Part shown: piece after piece, positions 1-9,885 of the stretch
Numbering within the stretch: position 1 is the stretch's first letter
Layout: every line of letters begins with the position of its first letter
NCBI GenBank assembly: GCA_048940605.1
Contig: JBHLOJ010000005.1
Coordinates: 8,254 to 72,253, forward strand
Origin: Promethearchaeota archaeon
GTDB lineage: Archaea; Asgardarchaeota; Lokiarchaeia; Sigyniarchaeales; SOKP01
DNA length: 64,000 nt
Reading direction: 5' to 3'
Program-made: the position numbers and the translations under genes
The notes under the pieces: model-generated
What the model was told of the DNA's origin: nothing
Database searches by the model: none
The model's input: only the letters and a program-made list of their open reading frames with translations

Positions 1-36
1 ATAAATGATCTTAAATATGTTTTAAGTAAAGAACCT

Positions 37-564
37 ATGAACTCTTTAGATTTTGTTATAATTCCATTTGGTTATTTTAAAGATGAGCATAAATTTAGAT
101 TAGTAGTTCATAATGAAAGAATTGAATCCAGTTTTGATATTCATTCTTGGGCACCATCCAACCTCTATAAAAATGTGAAATCTGTTATCAAAATAGCTAA
201 TAAATTTTTAGAATTAATACCAATAGATGATTATAAAGGATATTATTATCAGGTAGACAGTTCTTTTAAGGGAAATGAAACAGGACGACTATTTGATTTA
301 ATAAATCATCTGGTTGAGTTAGATAAAAGTATTAATGAAGTAACTGGAAAATCTATGTTCGATCCTATGGATTCAAGTATCAAGCAGATTATCACAAAAA
401 CAAATGAATACTTATTTGAATTGTGTCATAATCCTGTTCCTTTAGATATAAAGAATTTATTGCGAGAATTAGACAGATTAAAATTCAATGTTGATAATCT
501 ATCTAAGGAAGAAATCTTTAATTGGCTTGATGATTTAATTGCGTTTTATTCAAGAGGAGGATAA
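37..564 (+). CDS. hypothetical protein
   Basis: Uninterrupted 175-codon ATG ORF with no competing ORF. No motif recognised. Confidence 0.45.
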   Translation: MNSLDFVIIPFGYFKDEHKFRLVVHNERIESSFDIHSWAPSNLYKNVKSVIKIANKFLELIPIDDYKGYYYQVDSSFKGNETGRLFDLINHLVELDKSINEVTGKSMFDPMDSSIKQIITKTNEYLFELCHNPVPLDIKNLLRELDRLKFNVDNLSKEEIFNWLDDLIAFYSRGG

Positions 565-609
565 AAACACTAAAATTAGCACATTGAAAAGCCCCGATTT
601 ATTATTGTA

Positions 610-1155
610 CTATTTCCTAATCTTATTAATCACTATGGATATTATCGTGATTACGAAATAAATAATACCAATGAATAAAAATCCAAACTTTAGTGTTGCA
701 CTTAAGGAGGCTATTAATGGAAATGGATCTGAAACAGAGGTAGGGGTATTAGTCATCAATATTAAAAATAGATTTTCAATCATATCTAAAAAACCTGTTA
801 AAAATGGTGTTATTGTTATAATAGTTCCGATTTTCTGAATTTTCCCCTCCGATTTTCTGAATGCGAGAACAATTAAACCAAATGCGAGTGATACATAACC
901 GACTATAAATAAGAAATCCCAATATATTGCGGTAATTTGTTCGTCTATTCCACTAGATCCCCATATATTAAAAATAATTTCGACTTGGTATGAGGTCCAA
1001 GCAAATTCATAATCCAAGATTCCATATCCAGGAACAGAAGCTTCAACAGAGATAAATACGAATATTTCTACTAATAGAATAATCAAAAAACCTGCTAATG
1101 TAATAAGATATAAGACTCTATTTTTAGGAAATTCTCTAAATTTGTCAAGGAACAT
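610..1155 (-). CDS. multi-pass membrane protein, function unknown
   Basis: 181-aa ORF with several hydrophobic helices (VLYLITLAGFLIILLVEIFVFI, FLFIVGYVSLAFGLIVLAF, FGFLFIGIIYFVITIISIVI). Confidence 0.55.
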   Translation of the reverse strand: MFLDKFREFPKNRVLYLITLAGFLIILLVEIFVFISVEASVPGYGILDYEFAWTSYQVEIIFNIWGSSGIDEQITAIYWDFLFIVGYVSLAFGLIVLAFRKSEGKIQKIGTIITITPFLTGFLDMIENLFLILMTNTPTSVSDPFPLIASLSATLKFGFLFIGIIYFVITIISIVINKIRK

Positions 1156-1322
1156 TTTTCTTCACAGATTTATATAAGAAAATTTTTTTCTATTTTATTA
1201 GAAATATATTATTTTGATTATACTTAAAAATAAATGACTCTCCTTCGAAAATGAATCAATAATTTTATTTGGTTTTATATATTATCAAATGTGTATACAA
1301 TTAAGTTCCCAATTGATTTATT

Positions 1323-1565
1323 ATGTGTTTAGCTATACCAGGAAAAATCTTGAATATTGAGGGAAATTCTGCAATAGTAGATTTTGATGGGATTAAACAA
1401 AAAGTTATTATAGCCCTAATTCAAAATCCAGAGGTTGGAAAATTCGTGATCGTTCATGCAGGGTATGCAATTGAGCAAATGGATGAAAAGGATGCTTTAG
1501 AGGCAATAGAACAATGGAAGGAACTTGCTGAAGAACAAAATCTGGATTTATCAGATGTGTTATAA
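1323..1565 (+). CDS. hypC: HypC/HupF-family [NiFe]-hydrogenase maturation chaperone
   Basis: 80 aa. Begins MCLAIPGKI, the signature HypC N-terminus with the essential Cys2. The size is typical for the family. Confidence 0.85.
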   Translation: MCLAIPGKILNIEGNSAIVDFDGIKQKVIIALIQNPEVGKFVIVHAGYAIEQMDEKDALEAIEQWKELAEEQNLDLSDVL

Positions 1566-1595
1566 TAAATTTCTCTAAAACTATTATAAATATTC

Positions 1596-2399
1596 CTATA
1601 AATCAAAAATTTCTGTTTTTAATTGCTTTAGTTTCAAGTAGAGACTTTTGATTGCTTGGACACCTTTAGAAGCTTGATTAAAATCAATAGGAGAGTCTCC
1701 ATTTAAATCAGCTTTCCCTATTTCGGGATCGAAAGGGATAGAATGATAAAGAGGCACTTCCCACTCTTTAATACGATTATTGATAATTTCCTTCTCGGAT
1801 TCATCAAATAATTTATTAGCAATCAAGTAGATATTGATTACTCCTAATTTCTTAGAAAGATCTATTATTTTTTTACATAAATCTAATGATTTTTGGGAAG
1901 GTTCTGTAACTACTAACATCACATCAATACCTTTAGCAGTCCCTCGTCCTAAATGTTCTATACCAGCCTCAAAATCAACAACTATTACTTCATCTCTTTT
2001 CACAAATAAATTGTATAAAAGTGTTCTTATCAATGCGTTTTCAGGACATAGACATCCAGTGGCTGGTTCTTCAATTCCACCTAAAACCAGCAATTGTAAG
2101 CCATCCGGGCCCGATACCTTAAATCTATCAGGGATATCAGAGACTTCAGGATTTATGTTATAAACTCCGGCACCGGCACCTTTTACAACTGTTCTTTCTT
2201 CAATCATCGATTTCATTTCTTTAATTGGAACAATTTTATTCTTAGTACTCTCATCCAGGCCCAAAGTGTAACTTAGATTCATTGCTGAATCATTATCTAT
2301 TGCAAGAACTTTAAATCCATCTTTGGCAAATAATCTTGCTAAAGTACCTGCTATTAGAGTTTTTCCAACTCCTCCCTTTCCTGAGACGGCTATTTTCAT
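1596..2399 (-). CDS. cooC: CooC/AcsF-type nickel-insertion ATPase (MinD/ParA superfamily)
   Basis: Deviant Walker A MKIAVSGKGGVGKT and the CooC-type CxC metal motif (ATGCLCPENA). The ORF track starts 3 codons earlier (2408). I prefer the Met in MKIAVSGKGG. Confidence 0.75.
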   Translation of the reverse strand: MKIAVSGKGGVGKTLIAGTLARLFAKDGFKVLAIDNDSAMNLSYTLGLDESTKNKIVPIKEMKSMIEERTVVKGAGAGVYNINPEVSDIPDRFKVSGPDGLQLLVLGGIEEPATGCLCPENALIRTLLYNLFVKRDEVIVVDFEAGIEHLGRGTAKGIDVMLVVTEPSQKSLDLCKKIIDLSKKLGVINIYLIANKLFDESEKEIINNRIKEWEVPLYHSIPFDPEIGKADLNGDSPIDFNQASKGVQAIKSLYLKLKQLKTEIFDL

Positions 2400-2680
2400 T
2401 GATATCAAAAATGAATTTTTTTGTTTAATTCATTTAGGAATTTCTATGATATGAATTTCACGATTATTTATCAGAATTAGATTCTCAAATATTATAACAA
2501 AAATAAAGATATCAACCTAATTAATTTTTAAAAGTTAAAAAATAATTTATGTATAGATATTTTTGAATTACTATGCAAAGTAATAAAGAAACCTTTAGTA
2601 GTGGTAAGGTAATTTAAATACCATGATAACAATTTTTGGAATCAACAAATCCTCTAACACTAATAAAATTATTGACTTAG

Positions 2681-3421
2681 ATGACATATAAAGAAGAATT
2701 ATTAAGGAATAACTACTCATTTGAACAAGCAGAATTACTTCAAAACAAATATCAAAATAGAATTAGTAATTTAAAGAAAGATGATATTCACAGTATTAAG
2801 TCAATAAGGACTATAGCTGGAGTAGATATTTCATACTTTACTAAAGGAAATAAAGAAAATGGTGTCGCATGTGCCGTACTTTGGAATTTAGAAAAAAATT
2901 CAATAGAGGAATATTTTTTCGCACATGATTTTATTACTTTTCCATACAAACCAGGTTTTCTAGGTTTCCGAGAATGTAATTTATTATTCAATGTAGTTTC
3001 AAAGTTACCGAATACTCCAGATCTAATTATGTGTGACGGACACGGGATTATTCATCCTAGGAGGTTTGGTGAAGCTGTACATCTTGGTTTCCTTTTGGAT
3101 ATTCCTACCATAGGTATTGCCAAGAATCCTTATATTGGATATTATAAAAAGAATGAAATTAAGAAAATAAGAGGTAGTAAAGTACCAATATGGGCAAAAA
3201 ACCCTGAAAATATTGACAAAAGTGCTATAAATGAAATATTGGGTTATGCTATTTGTTTAAATAACGGTTCAAAGGTAGTCTTTATAAGTGTAGGTTATAA
3301 AACTACTATTGAAATTGCCCTCAAAATAAGTTTAATTACAACGAAAGGGCATCGACAACCAGAACCGCTTTACTTAGCAGATTTATTATCTAGAGAGAAG
3401 GCAAAGATTTTTAAGATTTGA
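2681..3421 (+). CDS. nfi: endonuclease V
   Basis: AGVDISY, PYKPGFLGFRE and CDGHGIIHPRRFGEAVHLGFLLDIPTIGIAK match the Nfi catalytic core. Confidence 0.8.
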   Translation: MTYKEELLRNNYSFEQAELLQNKYQNRISNLKKDDIHSIKSIRTIAGVDISYFTKGNKENGVACAVLWNLEKNSIEEYFFAHDFITFPYKPGFLGFRECNLLFNVVSKLPNTPDLIMCDGHGIIHPRRFGEAVHLGFLLDIPTIGIAKNPYIGYYKKNEIKKIRGSKVPIWAKNPENIDKSAINEILGYAICLNNGSKVVFISVGYKTTIEIALKISLITTKGHRQPEPLYLADLLSREKAKIFKI

Positions 3422-3444
3422 TATAAAAAAGCAAAAATTTCATA

Positions 3445-4920
3445 TTATTTAGTTATTTCATTAAGCATTTTTGCTGCAAGCTCTCTTACGTCTACATCTG
3501 AATCTTTTAATAGGTTCTTCAGCAACTCTCTAAATTCTTCTGACTCAAAATCAAATTTACTCAATGCTTTAATAAGGTTATATCTAATAAGCCAATCTTC
3601 GTCATGAATTAATTCTAAAAATGTATCATAAACTCTTTTATCTTTTATCTCACTTAATAATTTTATAGAAGTTCTTCTAATTTGATTGTTTTTATTGTTT
3701 AAATCTTTGATAAGTCCGTTAATAACAACTTGTTTCTCGTTATCATCTAAAAGACTATACATTCTTTTAAAAAGAGAAATTTGAAAGTGTTCTGGAAAAT
3801 CATAAGCTATTGATTTAGTAGATTTTTTAATGTCAATTAATTTATTGTTTTGAGTCTCTAATTTAGACAAATAATTCTTCAAGAGAGTATTTTCTTCTTG
3901 ATATTTTAATAATTCAGATTTTGTATTTTCATATTGATCCCGCATTTTAGCATACTCTAATGCTTCTTCTGTGGAAATTATCGCAGGTTCAGCTTGAGTC
4001 TCTAATTCTTTTTGTAAAAACTTTAATTGGGCATCATAATCGTCTATTTCTAAGCTTAAAGCTTCAATCTTTCTATTGGCTAATTCTAATTCTTCTGAAG
4101 TTGCTGATTCGATTTTTTCTTCCATTTGAGCTTTTAAAACCTCTAATTCTGAAGTTAGGTCTTCTATTTTTTTATTAGCTAAATCTAATTCTTGTATACT
4201 TACAGTTTCGGGTTTTTCTGCCAATTTAATATTTAAAGTTTCCATTTCTGTAGTTAATTCTCTAATTTTTTTGTTGGCTAGTTCTAATTCTTCTGATTTT
4301 AAAGCTTCGACCTTTTCCTGCATTTTCGCTTTAAGTGATTCTATCTCAACGCGCAACAAACCATTTTGTTCCATTAATTGAAAATTCAATCGTTTTAAAT
4401 TCACTATTTCTGCGTTTTCATCTGTCGGTGTCTTTTTGGCTTCTTCAAGTTCACTCTTCTCTGATTTTAAAGATTCAACTTGATTCTTTAAATCCTCAAT
4501 TTGATTTCTATATTCTTCACTTTCTTCAGAAAATTTCAATATTAGCTCTTGTGCTTCAATTAGTTCATTATTTTGGCTCTCAACAGATTTATATTTATCT
4601 TGTTCTTCATGCGAAGTCAACTCATCTATCTTACCATATAATCTTTCGATATTCTCATCTCTTTTTATTAAATCTTTCCTTTGAGATGCAATCATTTCTT
4701 TTAAAATATTAATTTCGCTTGGAAGATCACTTTGAGCAAAACTAATTTGATCTCCTTGTTCTTCAATTAATAAGTGTTGTTCTTTTATTGTAAATTTCAA
4801 ACGATTTATCTCTTCTTTCATGGACTTGATTTGAGACTCCAGTTGAGCTCTTGTCTTGGTCTCTATTTCAATAGTGTCAATTAAATCCTTTAAATCTTTA
4901 TCCATGGCACTAGTATCCAA
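3445..4920 (-). CDS. long coiled-coil protein with C-terminal HEAT-like repeats
   Basis: About 380 aa of E/K/L-rich heptad-like sequence. The C-terminus has repeats of the PBS-lyase HEAT type (DEDWLIRYNLIKAL, DSDVDVRELAAKML). Confidence 0.6.
   Translation of the reverse strand: MDTSAMDKDLKDLIDTIEIETKTRAQLESQIKSMKEEINRLKFTIKEQHLLIEEQGDQISFAQSDLPSEINILKEMIASQRKDLIKRDENIERLYGKIDELTSHEEQDKYKSVESQNNELIEAQELILKFSEESEEYRNQIEDLKNQVESLKSEKSELEEAKKTPTDENAEIVNLKRLNFQLMEQNGLLRVEIESLKAKMQEKVEALKSEELELANKKIRELTTEMETLNIKLAEKPETVSIQELDLANKKIEDLTSELEVLKAQMEEKIESATSEELELANRKIEALSLEIDDYDAQLKFLQKELETQAEPAIISTEEALEYAKMRDQYENTKSELLKYQEENTLLKNYLSKLETQNNKLIDIKKSTKSIAYDFPEHFQISLFKRMYSLLDDNEKQVVINGLIKDLNNKNNQIRRTSIKLLSEIKDKRVYDTFLELIHDEDWLIRYNLIKALSKFDFESEEFRELLKNLLKDSDVDVRELAAKMLNEITK
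4020..4305 (-). repeat. three tandem intragenic repeats of about 30-35 codons inside the coiled-coil gene
   Basis: Protein repeats SEELELANKKIRELTTEMETLNIKLAEK, QELDLANKKIEDLTSELEVLKAQMEEK and SEELELANRKIEALSLEIDDYDAQLK. The DNA copies are visibly similar (ctaattctaattcttctga...). Confidence 0.6.
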
Positions 4921-5069
4921 TTAGTTTAATTTAATTAGAAAATTCATTTTTTCAAATATATTAATGTTGTTTGATGCTTTAAACTTTTAGTTTCTAGGTT
5001 GAGTTTAATGCTGAAAACCGTGCTTCTCCTTCGAAAAAAAAGGATTAGAATAATTTTTTAGATTAAAAG

Positions 5070-5570
5070 TTACAAAATCTTAATTTCTTTAATGGTATCT
5101 CCTTGAGTTATTGAGTTTACAATTTTTTGGTCAGCAATTGGGTCTACCACCTCTCCAAATATCGTGTGATTATTATTAAGATGTGGAGTAGGAACGTGGG
5201 TAATAAAGAATTGAGAACCATTCGTATTTTTTCCTGCATTTGCCATGGCTAATATCCCTGGCTTATCAAATTTTCTCCCTGATTGAAATTCATCTGCAAA
5301 AGGATAGTTAATATTCTTTCCTTGAAATGGAAATGAATTAATACCTTTTTTTGTAGGACCATGATATCCAGTACCAGTTGGGCATCCACCTTGTATCATA
5401 AAATCTTTTATAACTCGATGAAATTTTAGACCATTATAATAACCCTGTTTAGCTAAAAACAAAAAACTAGCAACAGTCATAGGAGCATCTTCATCAAATA
5501 AATTAAGATTTATCTCTCCTTTACTTGTAATCATTACAATTCTAGTCATACTACAAAAAAGATTTAACAA
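5070..5570 (-). CDS. cyclophilin-type peptidyl-prolyl cis-trans isomerase
   Basis: [35 protein letters not shown] and HTIFGEVV are canonical cyclophilin motifs. The start may be an internal Met. Confidence 0.85.
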   Translation of the reverse strand: MLNLFCSMTRIVMITSKGEINLNLFDEDAPMTVASFLFLAKQGYYNGLKFHRVIKDFMIQGGCPTGTGYHGPTKKGINSFPFQGKNINYPFADEFQSGRKFDKPGILAMANAGKNTNGSQFFITHVPTPHLNNNHTIFGEVVDPIADQKIVNSITQGDTIKEIKIL

Positions 5571-5705
5571 TTTTTAATCGTTATGCTTTAATCCATTTTT
5601 GGTAGATTTTTTGATTGTGTATAGCAAAAATTGGTCTACAGAAGTAATTTATTCAAACTAATTATGATTATAAATATGAATGTATCAATAAAAGAAAAAA
5701 CACAA

Positions 5706-6686
5706 ATGGAAAATACACATCCTAATCAATTCTATGAGAATAACCATTTGGATGAATATATAATCGAAGTTCGAGAACTTGCAAAATCATTCAATGGTCT
5801 TAAAGCAGTTGATGGGATTAATCTGAAAATTCGTAAAGGTGAATTATTTTCACTTTTAGGTCCTAATGGTGCAGGGAAATCTACAACAATTAGAATGCTT
5901 ACTACAGTATTAAAACCTTCAAATGGTGACGCAAGGATCAAAGATTATAGCCTAATAAAAGAAAAGGATAAAATTAAACCTCTTATTGGAGTATGTCCTC
6001 AAGAGAATGTGGTTTTTGAAGCCTTAACAGCAGAAGATAATGTAGAATTTGTTGGTCGTATGCATGGAATGAATCCTGCTGACTTAAAGGAACGTACAAA
6101 TGCTTTATTAAAGAAAATGAATATTGCAGGACGTAAAAAGGCAGCTAAAACTTTTTCTGGGGGAATGAAAAGACGACTAAATCTTGTAATGAGCCTTATT
6201 CATAACCCACAAATTCTTTTTCTTGATGAACCAAGTGCTGGTCTAGATCCTCAAGCAAGACGCCTTGTATGGGATTTTATCAAGGAACTAAAAAATACAG
6301 GAATGACAATTGTCCTTACTACTCATGATATGATAGAAGCTGACGCATTAAGTGATCATATTGCCATCATGGATAGGGGCAAAATTATCGCTTTTGGAAC
6401 CTTAGACGAATTGAAAAGTAGTTCAAGCAATGGTAATATTCTTGAGTTTAGTTTTTCTACAAGGAAAGCACTTATTAAAGCGAAGAATAAACTAGGACAA
6501 ATAAAGAATGTGAAACGTATTACAGAAATGCAAAATAATAAGTTAACCATCTCCTTTTCTGGAGGAATTGAAACCTTTAAACGAGAAATTTTGCCAAATG
6601 TAGATTCATTTAAAACATTACATTTTAGGGAAGATTCTCTTGAAGATATATTTTTAAAATTAACTGGTAGGGGGTTACGTGATTAA
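5706..6686 (+). CDS. ABC transporter ATP-binding protein (ABC-2/DrrA-like)
   Basis: Walker A GPNGAGKST, signature FSGGMKRRLN, Walker B ILFLDEPSAGLD, H-loop TTHDM. The track ORF starts at a TTG at 5631. In-frame ATGs at 5664, 5676 and 5706 are alternatives. Confidence 0.85.
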   Translation: MENTHPNQFYENNHLDEYIIEVRELAKSFNGLKAVDGINLKIRKGELFSLLGPNGAGKSTTIRMLTTVLKPSNGDARIKDYSLIKEKDKIKPLIGVCPQENVVFEALTAEDNVEFVGRMHGMNPADLKERTNALLKKMNIAGRKKAAKTFSGGMKRRLNLVMSLIHNPQILFLDEPSAGLDPQARRLVWDFIKELKNTGMTIVLTTHDMIEADALSDHIAIMDRGKIIAFGTLDELKSSSSNGNILEFSFSTRKALIKAKNKLGQIKNVKRITEMQNNKLTISFSGGIETFKREILPNVDSFKTLHFREDSLEDIFLKLTGRGLRD

Positions 6687-7492
6687 TGTATTCAATCGAT
6701 GTAAAAGCATGGTATATCGCTAAAAAGAATATAAAAGAAAAGCTTAAGAATTTAGGTTCAATGTTCTGGACAGTTGCTTTTCCAATTATGATGCTACTTG
6801 TTTACAAATTAGCCTTTAGTGAAGGTGATGCAGAGCCTATGATAAATGGGTTAACCGTATTTGATGTAGAATTTCCGGGGATAGTGGTTTATACAATAGG
6901 TATGTCCACAGTAACAAGTGCAGTAATGTTTGCTATGAGCAAAGTAGACGGAACATTAGAGAGAATAGATTCGATGCCTGTAAGTCGTGGAAATGTATTT
7001 TTAGGAGCTGTTATCTCCGAGACTATTTTTATGAATCTACAACTCATTTTAGTATTTGCATTTGGTTATGGAGTTTTAGGGGCTCACTTTGAACTTGCAA
7101 TGTTGCCACTTGGATACTTAATTGCCATGATTTTTGGTATTGGATGTATCGGATTGGGTCTAATTATTGCAAGCTTTCTCGGTTCTCCTGAAGGAGCAAA
7201 TGGGATTGCCATGTTATCTCATATGGCGCTAATGTTCGTATCTGGATCATTTTTTCCATTGGACAATGCTGGTGTGTTCTTCACTCCACAATATTGGGTT
7301 AAACAAGTCTACCTGCAACTGACTGTAGTTGGGGATTTATTTACAGATTTTCTATATAGTGGAACTATAATTTTACCTACATCTACAGCGTCTATTTTTC
7401 CTATTTGGAGTGGACTCTTAATCATATTAGCATTCACTTCAACATTTATCATCTTAGGAGTAAAAATTTTTCAGAAAAAGACATCACTTTAA
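6686..7492 (+). CDS. ABC-2 type transporter permease
   Basis: Six hydrophobic segments. The start overlaps the ATPase stop in a TAATG junction, implying translational coupling. Confidence 0.75.
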   Translation: MYSIDVKAWYIAKKNIKEKLKNLGSMFWTVAFPIMMLLVYKLAFSEGDAEPMINGLTVFDVEFPGIVVYTIGMSTVTSAVMFAMSKVDGTLERIDSMPVSRGNVFLGAVISETIFMNLQLILVFAFGYGVLGAHFELAMLPLGYLIAMIFGIGCIGLGLIIASFLGSPEGANGIAMLSHMALMFVSGSFFPLDNAGVFFTPQYWVKQVYLQLTVVGDLFTDFLYSGTIILPTSTASIFPIWSGLLIILAFTSTFIILGVKIFQKKTSL

Positions 7493-7493
7493 A

Positions 7494-7570
7494 TTTTTTT
7501 TTAATTAATTTTTTTTTTTAATTTTTATTTTTTTATCAATTAAAAATAGATCCTTTTGGATTTTTTTTTT
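7494..7570 (+). terminator. oligo-T tracts (archaeal-type terminator signals)
   Basis: Several T9-T11 runs immediately after the permease stop codon. Confidence 0.4.
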
Positions 7571-7681
7571 ACTCAGATACGTATTGTACATGACTGTTGT
7601 AATGCTGTGAAAAATTTAAAAAGTATTACAATTATAGATTTTAATATACCTTTTTTAAATTAATTAAAAATAGATACAAAA

Positions 7682-9832
7682 ATGGCTAATAACGACATCT
7701 CATTTTTCTTCAATCCAAAGACTATTGCAGTCATAGGGGCAAGTACGACTAAAGGAAAAGTAGGAAATACTGTTTTAAATAATATTTTAAATTCAGGGTA
7801 TAAAGGTAAAATTTTTCCGATAAATCCTAATGCAGATAAAATTAATGGTATACCATGTTTTCGGAGTATTTTAGACGTAAAAGACATAATAGATATAGCG
7901 ATTTTTGTTATCCCCAGTAAGTTTGTAAATAAAGCAGCGGAAGAATGTGGGAAAAAAAAGGTAAAAGGTTTAATTGTTATTTCAGCGGGTTTTAAAGAAA
8001 TTGGTGGAGAAGGCGTAGAAAGAGAAGAAGAACTCATCGAAATTGGTAAAAAATATAATATGAGAATCTTAGGTCCAAATTGCTTAGGATTTATTGGGCT
8101 CAATTATAATGGTTCTTTTGCAGCAGAGACTCCAAAAAAGGGTGGAATTGCTATGATATCTCAATCAGGTGCTATGCTTACTGCAATGATGGATGCTAGT
8201 ATGTTATTTCCATATGGATTCTCTTGTAATATAAGCTTGGGCAATAAAGCTGATTTAGGGGCTGTAGATTTCATAGAATATTTAGCAGATGATAAGGATA
8301 CAAAAGTTATTTTATGCTATTTAGAAAGTATTAAAGATGGAAATAGATTTCTCAAAGTTCTACCAAAAGCAACCCGAAAGAAACCGATTATAATATTGAA
8401 ATCTGGAATAAGCGAAGCAGGAGCAAGAGCTGCCTCAAGTCATACAGGAGCTTTAGCAGGAGCAGATCTCGCTTACGATTTGGCTTTTAGTAAATGCGGC
8501 GTAATTAGAGCAAAAACAATTGAAGATCTATTCGATTACGGTGAAATTTTTCTTTATCAACCAATTCCTAAAGAAAATTCATTTGCTATAATAACTAATG
8601 CTGGTGGCCCTGGAATTGTAGCCACAGATGCATTTGAGCGTGAAAATTTAAAGTTTTCAAGTTTTTCAGAGACGATCCTCCATGCATTAAGGGAAAAATT
8701 GCCTATAGAAGCAGCCATATTCAATCCGATAGATATTGTAGGAGATGCTGCTCCTGATAGATATGAATTTACATTAAATACAATTTTTGGTCTAAATGGT
8801 AAAGCTGATTCTGATGATATTACTACAGAAGGTGCATTAATTATAGTAACTCCTCAAGCTCAGACTAACGCTTCTGAAGTTGCTCGACTTATTTATAAGA
8901 TATCATCTAAACATTTAACGGAAAAACCTATTGTATGCTCCTTCATAGGGGGAAAGAATATTTCTGAAGGTAGGGAATATCTAAAGCAAAATCATATCCC
9001 ATGTTATGATTTTCCAGATCGAGCAGCTCATTCCTTAAAAACACTTGTAAAACGGGCTGAATATTTAAAAAGCACTCCTCTATATGATTTAGAAATTCCT
9101 AGTTTTAAGGTAGAAAAAGGAAGAGTTAAAGAAATATTTACTAAAGTTAGAGAAGATGGGAGAACAGTTTTGTTGAGTTACGAGACAAGTGAAGTTTTTG
9201 ATTGCTACGGAATAAAGTCTCCTAAATCTAGGTTGGCCCAAACTCCCAGACATGCAATGGACTTGCAGTCTGAAATTGGGAAATCTGTTATGAAAATTGT
9301 GAGCCCACATATTATACATAAGACTGATGTAGGAGGAATCCTGTTAAATATTGAAACAGCACAGGATGCTTTTGAAGCTTACATACAAATTGTGAATAAT
9401 GCCAAGAAGTTCGGTCCTCAAAATGCTAAAATATACGGTGTAGAAGTACAAGAAATGATTGATTTTAAAGCAGAGCCGAAAGTAAATGAACTTATTATTG
9501 GAATGTCAAAAGATCCTCAATTTGGACCACTTTTGATGTTTGGAACAGGAGGGATTTATGCTAATTTTATGCAAGACGTAGCTTTTGCTTTATCTTATAA
9601 ATTCACTAGAGAAGAAGCAAAAAGGTTGATAGAAAGCACAAAAATTTACAATCTATTGCATGGAGTCAGAGGAGAATCACCATCTGACATTGAATCAATC
9701 ATTAACGTTTTATTAAGACTTTCCCAACTTGTTAACGATTTTCCAGAAATTGTAGAATTAGATATTAATCCGCTTTTAGCTTTTGTTAAAGGATATAGTG
9801 CAGTAGATATAAAAATAACAATTAAAAGATGA
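7682..9832 (+). CDS. ADP-forming acetyl-CoA synthetase (acetate--CoA ligase), fused alpha-beta
   Basis: The N-terminal CoA-binding domain (IAVIGASTTKGKVGN, RILGPNCLG, SQSGA, SSHTGALAG) is followed by an ATP-grasp beta domain. 716 aa, typical for fused ACD. Confidence 0.85.
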   Translation: MANNDISFFFNPKTIAVIGASTTKGKVGNTVLNNILNSGYKGKIFPINPNADKINGIPCFRSILDVKDIIDIAIFVIPSKFVNKAAEECGKKKVKGLIVISAGFKEIGGEGVEREEELIEIGKKYNMRILGPNCLGFIGLNYNGSFAAETPKKGGIAMISQSGAMLTAMMDASMLFPYGFSCNISLGNKADLGAVDFIEYLADDKDTKVILCYLESIKDGNRFLKVLPKATRKKPIIILKSGISEAGARAASSHTGALAGADLAYDLAFSKCGVIRAKTIEDLFDYGEIFLYQPIPKENSFAIITNAGGPGIVATDAFERENLKFSSFSETILHALREKLPIEAAIFNPIDIVGDAAPDRYEFTLNTIFGLNGKADSDDITTEGALIIVTPQAQTNASEVARLIYKISSKHLTEKPIVCSFIGGKNISEGREYLKQNHIPCYDFPDRAAHSLKTLVKRAEYLKSTPLYDLEIPSFKVEKGRVKEIFTKVREDGRTVLLSYETSEVFDCYGIKSPKSRLAQTPRHAMDLQSEIGKSVMKIVSPHIIHKTDVGGILLNIETAQDAFEAYIQIVNNAKKFGPQNAKIYGVEVQEMIDFKAEPKVNELIIGMSKDPQFGPLLMFGTGGIYANFMQDVAFALSYKFTREEAKRLIESTKIYNLLHGVRGESPSDIESIINVLLRLSQLVNDFPEIVELDINPLLAFVKGYSAVDIKITIKR

Positions 9833-9885
9833 AATGAATAAATTAACTATAATAAAGTTCAAATAAATAAGAAAAGGGAAAAAAA

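Noticed and set aside
1834-2163. 109-aa plus-strand ORF inside cooC.
   Set aside because: It is antisense to a gene with strong P-loop and CxC motifs. Its composition is low-complexity S/T/P, so it is a shadow ORF.
2409-2435. Hairpin AAATGAATT-tttttgttt-AATTCATTT just upstream of cooC.
   Set aside because: It is an all-A/T 9-bp stem in about 70% A+T DNA. Such stems are expected by chance, and I see no functional context.
3960-4712. Two plus-strand ORFs (3960..4178 and 4335..4712) inside the coiled-coil gene.
   Set aside because: They are antisense reading of E/K/L-rich repeats, which gives L/F/S-rich open frames. There is no motif and they overlap a better-supported gene completely.
7660-8103. 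147-aa minus-strand ORF overlapping the ACD start.
   Set aside because: It is antisense to the highly conserved CoA-binding domain of ACD, so it is a shadow ORF.
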